Assembly (NCBI GenBank): GCA_965235115.1
Contig: OZ249436.1
Location: 33,606,001-33,670,000 of the forward strand
DNA from: Laetmonice hystrix
Taxonomy: Eukaryota
Direction: 5' to 3'
Length of the DNA stretch: 64,000 nt
Shown: positions 40,008 through 51,030 of the stretch, one piece after another
How the letters are laid out: every line of letters begins with the position of its first letter
Position numbering within the stretch: the stretch's first letter is position 1
Made by a program: the position numbers and the translations under genes
Notes under the pieces: model-generated
The model's input: the letters and a program-made list of their open reading frames with translations, nothing else
Told to the model about the DNA's origin: nothing
The model's database searches: none

Positions 40008-41875
40008 TTACGAATTCCTCCGCACCGTCTTGGTGCTCGCCGTAAGAGCAGACGGCCCCGTGTTGCCCCTGTGATGTTGGAGTGACCGCTAATGAAGAGA
40101 GCTGGCACTGCCTACATGACAACGTCTGTCATACTTAACAGACTTGTCTTGTCCGGTAACGAGATAGGCCAAATTGTCCCGGCCCGTGCTAAACAGGCAG
40201 CCGCTGACAATCTCCAGCTAATATTAAAACGTCGGCACGTAGCGCGGTGACAAGACCTATTTCAGAACAGGATTTAGGATCTTCTATGCTAGAATAATCC
40301 ATACTGCAAAGAGGTTCCCCATATTCTATGACCTAGATACATCTGAGATTCCCGTAGTATTAATTTAATGATCTTGATCAAACATCCAATTTCTGTTTTT
40401 CGTACAATAGCGACCCATCAAACCTAATACTTAATTAATGGTGAAAATTGGAGAATGTTAGTCCGAGCTTTACGATGTACGCTCAATAAAGCAACATGCA
40501 ACCAATGAATGTTTATGGCCAAAATACCCTCCATTTGTCTGACATAATACTATACTGTCATGAGTTCTAGTTTATTGCTTCAAATGACATGTGTTTTAGC
40601 AAGAACTCCTTTTTATATATTCATTCAGAATAGTACACTCTCTTATATTATTTAGATGAAGTCAGATGCAATAGTCACTCTGCCTAAAGCAATACCAACT
40701 CATTTCATTGCCCAACAAATCGGTGACGTGAGGCATGAAAACCGGGATAGTGTAATAAATCCACATTTATCTGCCCAGTCGGATACTAAGATAGCTGCAT
40801 GGATTGGCAAACCGACCACAGGTATTAATCCATCGGGTACTAGTATTTAGACCGGTGCGGCTGATTCAAGGGGTGCCAATGATTGAAATACACTGATTAA
40901 TCTTCGCAGCCAATGATATATCTTGATATGGAATCCAGCTTGAGTTATGGCACCAGCAAGACGAGGAAGATTGTGCCAAAAATCTCACTTCTCGCTACAC
41001 TGCCTTCAAAAGGGATCGGTAGGAAGTATCCCTGTCAGAATGATAGACGAGTTGGCATATTCTTATAGAATGGTCTGATCCATACCAAACATCTCGCAGT
41101 GCGGAATGGAAAAAGTATAGGTAGTCTGCCTCTGGCAAGTATGAAACAATTGAAACGTATCTTCCAAATACAAATGACAGTAGGCTGACCTAATTGTCGC
41201 TGTAATCTGTAAAGGTGATAGACCATTACCGCCCCCACCCTCCTTGGAAATCATAACTGCAGTTCACAATTATCTGAATTGTGTTTGGCTTTGCAATTGT
41301 TATAAAGTAGAGAGTGTATTTCTAGCAGGCCAACCAAAATTTAACAGTTTTCATCAGCATAGATTTTCGGATACCGCTTTCAAAATAATTACGATAAATC
41401 TCATTTCTTTCTCTCAGTTATCGCCTAGAATTTGAAGTAATGTTTACTCGATCGTTATCATAGTCATGATGTATGAATCATGCTGACTGTATTTGAAATC
41501 ACTCGAATGATGGAGATACCAGTTTATCAAATGTTTGTCGTATTTAAACACAATTCCTAATGTGTTTAAATTTTAAAATGACTATTTCTAATGACGGTCT
41601 TCTATATATGTCGTAATCTAAACGACATAAACTCACATCCAGGGCAAATAGATTCATGACTTGCAATGTAATATTATATCATGCCTTAGCCTAGGGATTG
41701 TAACAGAATACACCCCAGTGCATAGCCTGTCGATGCGTCTTTGGTTCGTTTACCGTGCTCGATGCCTCGGGGTATGGGTCGAGAGTGGATGCATACCGAT
41801 GGGCATAACCTTATTATCGATTTACCCTAGATAACGGAATCATCTGGGTTAGAGGTCTCTGTTATGGTGACTTAC

Positions 41876-43150
41876 CTGTCTCCCGAGCATGGCTTCGTTG
41901 TCCTGCAGGGGAGCACTGTACAATGTACCATTGATGTCCCTGTAGCCCACCGTGACCTCCATGCAGGGGTAGTCAGCAGTGCAGCCCTTCCCACAGGAAC
42001 ATTTAATAGGTTCTCCGATATACTGAGAATGTTGCGGGTTACAGAACGTGGGTTCAAAACGCTCAGCAGTGCGGTAAGCATCCACCACGACTATGCCCAC
42101 GACGGCCATGGCCACGACGGCGCCTAGGAAGAATATGATCAGCCAGAAGTAAAGGGTGATGCAGCAGGCTCGAGACCTTCTGCAGTGTTTACACGTCTTT
42201 CGCCGACGTTCGAGTTCCTCTTCGACGTCGCTTAGCTCGTCGGTGCTTGCATCCGACATCTTGGGGCCGAGGTTCATGTGTACGGTCAGGTGGTCTTTGA
42301 CGATCGGGAGGGGTTCCAGTTGGTGACGGTCGGGTTTGGTTTGGTTTTGGTTGCTATACCCTCCAGTGGTTTCTTCAGGCCCTGGTGCGGTGTCCATGGC
42401 GACGTGGTTTGACGTTACGTCATCAAGCATTCCGTCTTGGTCACTCGATTCAGCCGGCACCTCTTCGTTTGGTTCGTCTGTATTGGCAATGCTAATGAGA
42501 ACGGCGCCTTCGGTGAAGTCCGATTTTTGTTCTTCGGCAAGAAGTTTGGTCTGTTCAGTGGGTGCTCCAGTCTGTTCCTCCTCCATCAGTGCATCCTGAG
42601 TAACTTCTTCTTGTGCACTAATAGCGGCGGCGTCGGTCAGGGAAGAATTGTCGGAGGCTGACACGCCATCGTCAACCTGAATTAAATCCACGCTGGGAAC
42701 AGAATCATTGGCGCTGTCCTCTCTAATGCCGTCACTGGCCCCTACGTCCGCTCCGCTGTTAGATTCTGTCTCTGGTTCCAAGGGGCCAGACTCGTCACCG
42801 ATGTTGACCTCCTGGTCACTTGTTGGGGTCACCTGTGCACGGGAAAGGTTCTGGCCCAGCTGGAACAGGTCTATGGCTGTATCGACCGATGTCTCCTCTT
42901 CGCCTATCTCCTCGGATGTATTTCCAATAGAGGACGTGTTTTCTTCGTTTTCTAACAAGCCATATCCATCTTTCGTCGGCCCCGCTGCCCCTATGGATAT
43001 ATCCTCCCTGCCATGGACAGGCGATCCATTTGCCGGCTCGACTTGCTGTGGATCCAGAGATCCGTTACTCTGAGACAGCTCTAGATCTAAGAGGCGCCCT
43101 CTGTCACCACTACGGTCCTCCGACTCGCTACCGATTCCAGGGTCGGCCAT
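41876..43150 (-). CDS. Coding exon B of a BK-channel beta-subunit-like (KCNMB family) gene: about 320-aa acidic disordered N-terminus, TM1 and first half of the extracellular loop (425 codons)
   Basis: First ATG of the 448-aa ORF is at 43150 (agcATGg). TM: ITLYFWLIIFFLGAVVAMAVVGIVVVDAY. Loop: FEPTFCNP...CSCGKGCTADYPCMEVTV...NGT...QDNEAMLGRQ. Consensus donor CAG|GTAAGT at 41876/41875, phase 0, at the same codon position as exon A. The last 105 aa align gap-free with exon A. Confidence 0.9.
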
Positions 43151-46100
43151 GCTTACAGCTTTCCTGCGTGTACCACGGGTCCCTCTACCAACCACGTCAC
43201 TTTGTTCTCTATGGATTAACTATAGCCAAACTACTTCCCGCTTTAATGGATCACGTGATCTCAGTAAACCAATCAATTAACGGAATTCTCAGGCAAGTAA
43301 CGAATCACCTCGAACACGACATCGTGTCGAACAAAACTACAATGGGATCCTGGGGCCGTTCCACGCCCCTCTAATCACTCTATAAAATGTCGTAAGGAAC
43401 CTTTGAATGGCCGTAGAGAAACTAGTCCAAATCTGTACCCACTTGTGAATAAATAAAGGCAGTATCACACGCTAGTCCGGCTGGTACGCGTTTGTTCCTT
43501 GTACACTGCTGCCGGATATCCTATGCAAGCTCTAAGACGTAGAAAGGCAAACAGAAGCCAGTATGCTGATGTATCTTTTTCTTTCCAGCCTACGGAAAAG
43601 GCGAGGGGCTATTTCATGCTTGGCAAGGTCCAGGCAGTATGGAGCACCAGGGTGGCTGGACACATAGGAATCCCGTTGTAGTAATATGATCGGGTAGACA
43701 GGAGCACGTTCCGTCACAATGCCATCCGTGGAATCTTACACAGGTTTGCCCCGAGCACACCCTGGGATCTGTGTCTCTGTCAGTCTATATCTCCTACCCG
43801 ACAGCTCCTTTAACAACATTCAAAGCGGTTATTTGTCGGCTGACGCAAGTGTCTTCTGCGCTAATGGAAATGCCATGAATGCTTCATTGTAGGCATTCCG
43901 TTCCTTATTCTACTGATCTTTTTTTCTCCTCTCGTCGTCAGTGGCAAGCAGCGTTTAATAATTGCCCACACCTATCCTATCCTAGGAACAGGGTGCGTGC
44001 GCCGGGCATCGCTACAACGGTTCCAATTCAAAGTCCGGACAGCAGGAAATCTTGGCTTAGATTTTCAACACTGATCACATTCCAACATGCGGCTTGGCAA
44101 TCATTAAAACACACATGGCCACCTCGTGAGCTGGAAGCCGCCACTATATTCTCCTATCTCCCGCCAACGGGTCGTAGGTAGAGTTGGTAAATGGTCAACG
44201 TCCTGTTCAATCAGGGGCAATCAATTGACGATACCTGATGTCCACTGCGTTCGGAGAAACCCCGTAACGTATTCAACCTGAAGATTAGTAATGGTCGTGT
44301 AATCCGCAAATACTCCTGCATGCGATTTCAACGCATAAGATCAGTCGAACATCATCAACAGGCTCTGCTACTGCTACGTGCGCTGCAAATACAATTGTGC
44401 AACCGCGTCCCTCCGAACCTCTCTCTGCACAGGGTAGCCGCACATCCAAGAGTGCATACGGCCGCGCGAATTTGTGAGTTTTGCTCGGATAAGTCAATCA
44501 GACAGTAAAGCATCCGTCGAGACGGGCAATCGGACAGCATCTCCAGAATGAAATCCGATTGAATGGTGGGCGGAGGTGGTTTCTTGGCCGGCTCATTAAT
44601 GTGGAGGGTTAGATTGGAGATACGGCCAGATGCAGACGGTGTATTCCGCGCGGGGCTTAGATCTGAGCCTTGGCGTTTCTCGCTGCCCCTCCCTGATGTG
44701 CTCGTTACCAGCAGAACAGGGTACTCTTTAGGCGAGCGGCACGTGCGACAGCAGTAATTCCGAGGTGGGCGTCTCGCTCCCGGCAACGGGCCTTCCGCCT
44801 TGTGAATGACGGGAGAGGGGGAGAAAAAAATCCAGCCTCTCTTGATGCTGGTCTCAACCAGAAGCCGCTACTGTAACACCCCTGCCCACCTTCTGCCCAA
44901 GCGTGGCTCCAAGCGTCAATAATATGACTCTGACTGGGGCGGTGCATATATAAGCCATGTCCGTAACGTAGCGACCATGTGGATGGTAGTATTGCAGCCG
45001 CTGTGCAGAACGCTTCGTACGTACGCAGTGGGGGTGACCTGCATGCGATGGCTCCCGATGGCAGCGGTCTTGGCAGGTCGGCCTGTTGGTGGCACTTAAG
45101 TGTGCCTTTATTTTCTTGTTAACACCGGTGTGTTTTACCCTCAGAATCTCAAGCAACCCTTCATCTCAGCAGTAAATGTCGGTCGAACACGTTTGACATA
45201 GCCTGCCCAGAAATCGAACCTGGCCGGTTAGATATAGGGTTGGCTCTACACATAGATCATCTACACCGATTTTTCGGCGCAAAAACTATTAAGATGATCA
45301 GGATGTTATTTGGCGGAACTCAGTTTTATAGAGGTCATGCCGTGAGGAAGCCCGGGTATTAAATAATATAAGAAACTAATGTGGATAACAATAATATTTG
45401 GGTCGTTTCATGGTATTCGTTAATGAAGTCAACGTTCATGACTTTTATTAGATTTGACAGTTGTTGTGACAATGGGCATTGTCATTCCAATGTGAAGCAA
45501 GCGTCGATAATTAGTGCGGACATCTTTATTCCCACGAATGTTTCCGTTGGACGTTTTCTTTTCTACGTTACGGGAAATTTCCCAATTGTCACATTCATCA
45601 TTTCCTAATCATAAAATGGTTTTGTAACGTCGGTCGTTTCCCTTGATAATGCATAGAATTTAACAATAGATTCCTTGCTGTTTATTTAAGAATGGAATTT
45701 AAGTCAGTATTCTATCTAGATTTTATTAAAATTGACATATTTTACAGAGATACCGTCTTATCTACTGTTAAATTATCCTCACATTATAATAATGAAAAAG
45801 CCGAGATAAGGAGTGAAAGGGGGTTAATTCGACATTAATGAGGGACCTGGTTGGAATAGGTGACAGGCACTCTGCCATACCCACAATGGTTGTCCGAAAG
45901 GCTTCTCAAAAAAATGGTCGCTGCATTAATATTGAATTAGCTCCAGAGACTTTAGTTATAATTCGCATCTGCTTCTTTATTTAGATAGAATAGTGAGTAA
46001 TGATATTATAGTCTTGCCCACAGCTTTAATGCTATCGGTGTCTGAGGAAAGGCGACATGGCTGACATCTGTATTCCCTGGGAAAGGTCCCTTGGCGAACC

Positions 46101-49053
46101 GTTGCAATATTCAGTGATCTCTGTGGACAGGGCTTGGAGTGGGGTGCGGTGGGGTACCTGGGTGGGGGTGGAATTAGCACCCATTGCTCACTGCCATTGG
46201 CAGTGTCTATAGAGACGTGATCGTATAATAGAGGATGCAGGTGTTGAACGAAGTGCTTTCCGAAATAGACACGTGCCAATCCCCCGAGGCCTGGACTGTA
46301 ATAATGTCATTGGCCGAGAGGGGAATGGAATGGGGGACGGAAGGCATAATAAAGTTCGCCTCACAGATCTACAGTAATGCAAATGTTAAAGACCATAATA
46401 CAAATTAGAAAGGGCAAGATGTCACAGGTCGAAATTACGATAATGAGCCAGGCAACATCCCAGTATGCTCTTTCATAGTTCTGTTGTAGCCCACTGGCAC
46501 ATTATACACAATCCCTATAGATGTGTGCCCTATCTCAGGGCAAAAATAGAACCCTCCCTTTTATGAATCAATACAACCCGTTCGGTATCGACAATAAATA
46601 AAATAAACTCATTATATCCTATTTCCCGACCATAATGCAGCGCGTCAAGAAATGCCTTTTAAAACTGGGGACCAGTTCATATCCGCGTCAGAGTCTTTGT
46701 ATAGACAAACTCGGCGTGACCTCAGTATAGGCGAAAGTAGTATATGCAAAGTGAAGTAAGGTGCAGCGTGAGCATATTGTATGAATCAGTTGACTGGCTG
46801 GTTATGACATTTCTGACAGACGAGTAGTTATGCGTTATACATCCTGTTATTGCCCTCTGACAGTGGTGTAGTGTGTCCAATGACGGAGCATAATAAGACA
46901 GAACGTTGTTTTCAGTCAATCTACACGGCTTGCCATAAATCCTTGGTCAGCAAAATGATATGGAGATTGCAAAGGAAATGCCATTAAGCCGTATAACTGC
47001 TGTAACAGTAGTCTCCTGATGAACAAATGGTGGTCTATTAAAGTAATGTGTACCCGTGCAAGTATGATAAAAGTCCGTAGTTTTATAACACAGATAAATT
47101 TCTTTTACTAAGCCTACCTTAGGAGCATAAAAATTGAGTTACTAGTATTAAAAGGAAAGTAATTCCCAAACTGTCAGGTGTTCTGCAGGGAAAACAATCA
47201 ATGAATTGTGGTCACAGATATTTCTTTCCTTGCGACAGGAATTCATTTTCCTTCATTAGGTACGTTAAGCAGGTGATCAATAAAACCAGACAATCACGGC
47301 AAACACCGTGGTGGGTTCGTTGGCGACCACTGGCATGTAGGCGCCACCTAGCGGGTTAACTAGGCACTAGATGAGAAATCGCGAGCCCTCGACCAGGTTG
47401 ACCCCCATCTGCATTCGCAGTCTGTACATTGCAATTATTGTTAATGATAATAAATGATAATGTCCTAAATGATTATCTTAACAGGCTGTGGCACGTAGTG
47501 CATTGTTATCAGAGAGATATAATGGCATAGATAAGTTGCACAGGCCCATGAGCATAATCAAATCGAATTTTAGTCGGGTCAACAAAACTTTGAAAGGGCA
47601 ATAATTATTCGTAACTTCCTTATTCATGATTAAGAGAAAACATACGTATGATTGCATTTATAGCTCATTTAAAGCCCAAAAACAACGAGGGAATACTGTT
47701 GACGTGGGTGAGGTGTGGCCCGCTTGACATTAGTAACATGTCAATACATATCCCCGATGATTGGGGGGGATATAAGGAAAGTTAGTAACATTCAGAAATT
47801 CCTTGACCTCTCCCCCATAGACATCTGCATCGCCTTTCTAGACAAATAAAAATCGCCTCGTATAGTAATAGGACATATGTATAAAAACATATAGACTTTA
47901 CAGATGCAAATAAAATACAGCAAATAAAATGCCGCTACAGCAGGATTTTTTCTCGAAAACTTGGACGCGTGTGCTAATGCAAAGCAAATATGTGCCATGT
48001 GTAACAATAACTCAGTAACAGTGACCGTCTGAAACTATAACTATGACAGCGCCGCCTGTTGATTGTGACATCAACCACTGACCATCAACGCTCTGCAAAC
48101 TTTTAAAATGCCGCTCCCCCTGTCGGGGAAATTGCGAAACACAAACACTCTGACTGGGCCCGTAGTGACTGAATCAGATCAGACTAATCAACTCTGTAGA
48201 ATTCGTACATATCCCTAGAGAACATTTTAAAAATCACTCTATTAGGATTTATATTTTACTCATTTGAATAAGATATGTTACAGCCTTGTTAACTGTGTTA
48301 GGCCACACGTTTCTCCAGCTCTGACGTAGATAAGTATGTATCCATTTATTCTTCCATGGATGAACCAAAGGTAATGCCGAGTTCACATAACTGTATGGTT
48401 AACCTAATTCAGACATATAATAGCATTACTGCTACAATATGTTTCCCCTATTTTAGTAAGTAGCAAATGATGAAGATTAGTACAACCGCAAATACTTTTA
48501 TCCCTTTAACAGTATTTGTGAGATAAGCTGTTCTTATTGTTTCAGTCTTTGCTCTTTTCACTTTATATATATTTCCACTTTACCTTGAAATAAATGGGTT
48601 CCTTCAAAAGAAAATTGAATTAGATCCCAATTTAAAGTAATTCACTTTAGTCAGGAAAACATCATTAAAAAAGGATTATAAGGAAAATGTACATTTCTGA
48701 GTAAATCGATGGAGTAGATGGATGGGATGGAGAGACAGTGGGGGGAAAGAAAAGAAAATGGTGTAAGAAGTAAGAAAAAGAATGCGACATTTTCCATTTC
48801 CGACACGAACATGAAAGGGAGTGACGCAGATTTCCAAATGATGTGAAGTTACTTACTTCCCCTCCAAAAAAAGGTCTGAAAGATGTATCTACAAACTACG
48901 CATGAGAGTGCATCAAATGTTGCAGACCCTGTATTCGAGAACACAGCAGGGATTTCAAAGGAAACAATAGTTTCAGAAACATTTTTCAAATGCACTCCCG
49001 GAATGTATAAGTGATGGCTGTGGAGACGGATTGCAGCGTGCTATCATCAAACA

Positions 49054-49650
49054 TATGTTCCTACCTACAAGAACTGCTACGTTGTTTGAGCCGAACTCTG
49101 CCGAACTGGAGATCGTGGTAGATCTTGACGTTTGGGCGCTATGACATCACAGATTGTTATTACCTACGAAGTAGCTATGAACCGCTACTAATAACCTATG
49201 AAGACCTACGAAAACCTACGAACAACCTACGATCTTTCTCACGAACTATATAGTGTACTAATGCCGAATTGCCAAGATCATCATCTTAAAAAATACCTTA
49301 TCATATCAGTTCGTCACGTAACGTGCCCGCTCGTAGGTGTTCGTAGCTGGGCTCGTGGCACTTCGTAGCACTTCCTATTACTTCGTACACACTCCTACGA
49401 TTCCCTACGAATAGCTTACGAACCTCAACGAAGTCCTACGACGCCACCTATACGAACCCCTACGACACGAAAAAGTTCGTGCGTGAGCTAGGACACTTTT
49501 GGTCATGTTCAAAATTTCATATAGCCTCACACGAACCGTGGCGATCTCTGGCGAACGCAGGCGAACAGTTACGAACCTTCATGAAACACTCGCCGAACTG
49601 CGCCGAACTGCCAGTTCGGGATCAAAATCGGCTAGGTCGGAACGTGGCAA
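49054..49650. mobile_element. Degenerate Harbinger-like non-autonomous element
   Basis: Partial inverted ends atgttcctaccta and taggtcggaacgt. The interior is acgaa/ttcgt-rich. It shares the subterminal motif ttttg(g/a)(t/a)catgttcaaaa with the 39108-40007 element. Confidence 0.6.
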
Positions 49651-50854
49651 CACACAAAACAACACAATATGCACTGCCAATATTTTTGGTTGTTGTAAGA
49701 AGCAATGCAGGCATGTCATGGAGAATCGGTTCATATTAATGATTTATCATTCCAGCACTAGTGATCATTATTTGTCAGTTTAGACCTGGATCTAAACTGA
49801 CAACTGTCGTCAGTTTAAACCAGTTGTCAGTTAAAACCTGCACACTTCAACGATCTGACATCGACGTGACCCGGCGTAAAAATCGTGCATGTGGGAAAGG
49901 GGCCATAGTTGACATAGTCGACCTAGTGCGGAACACGTAAGCCCTGATTGAGTACGCGGTGCTCATTGGCTGGTTCATTACACACAGTAATTGCTTGCAT
50001 GTACATGTATGAATTAATAACATAATATATTTTAGAAGGCAATTCCGTTCACCTCGAGATTTGTATTTTCACGGCAACACTTTGGTCTCTAGTTCCCCCA
50101 AATGATACCTCCCACGAGAGCACTGCACATGTAGGCATGGTTCATGTGTCGAATGAAATATGAAATGGTTTTGCTTCTTTCAACAGGAGAGTATCCGTTG
50201 TCAGGTAAAATACGAAAGGACCAATGGAAGATGTACAATGTAGCGGAATTCATATAGAATTTCTTATGGAATGTTCGAGATGTAAAGTTCTATCATCGTG
50301 AAAATGGTTGTATTTAATTCAATCTCAGCGAGAGAAATATGCAAGTATGGTTTTGTTCTGTCTCTCACACACATACTCTTGTAGAACAGACTGTTCAGCC
50401 TTATTGCTATCTTCGAACTTCCAAAGTGCACTGCAATGTCTTTGATCTTTAATTAGCATTCTGGACATAATTAAAATTTTAAAGCATGCACCGAAATCCC
50501 TCTTCATTAATCAGTATTATGAGCTTGTACAATGAATAATGAGTCGTACTTTGGACGTTTGATTGAGATTAAAGCCCTTCATGTTTTGCATATTGCTGCT
50601 CGCTGGCAAAGGTGGAAAAAAGACCGGTGAAGATGTTATTTTCGATTCTGGATCGATCTTAAATTGAATGGGCGAGGGAGTAAATGAGTCAGTGAGTGAC
50701 TTAGTCAGTCTTTTGGAAGGTTTACACCCTATCGTATTTCAGCCATATGTTGATGAGGATGAAATGAAAATAAACCCGTCAACCACATAGTTTCGTATGT
50801 TTATGGTAATTAATCTTTTGTGGAAGTTAGAAGAACGGTCAGTCTATTGGAGCT

Positions 50855-51030
50855 AGCGGATGGAACAACATCCAGGTATATGACGAGATGATATCTGATA
50901 TTTTGGACTCCCTCCCTGTCGCATACGGTCGGTCTGGCCTAAATCCAGCGGATCGGACAACATCCAGGTATATGACGAGATGATATCTTCAGACTCCATC
51001 CCTGTCGCATACGGTCGGTCTGGCCTAAAT
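50855..51030. repeat. Tandem duplication of an 85-90 bp unit (2 copies)
   Basis: agcggat..acaacatccaggtatatgacgagatgatatct..gactcc.tccctgtcgcatacggtcggtctggcctaaat occurs at 50855 and again at 50947. Confidence 0.9.

Noticed and set aside
45175..45260. tRNA/SINE-like B-box (ggttcgatt) on the minus strand
   Set aside because: No cloverleaf or clear A-box can be built. At most it is a decayed SINE head.
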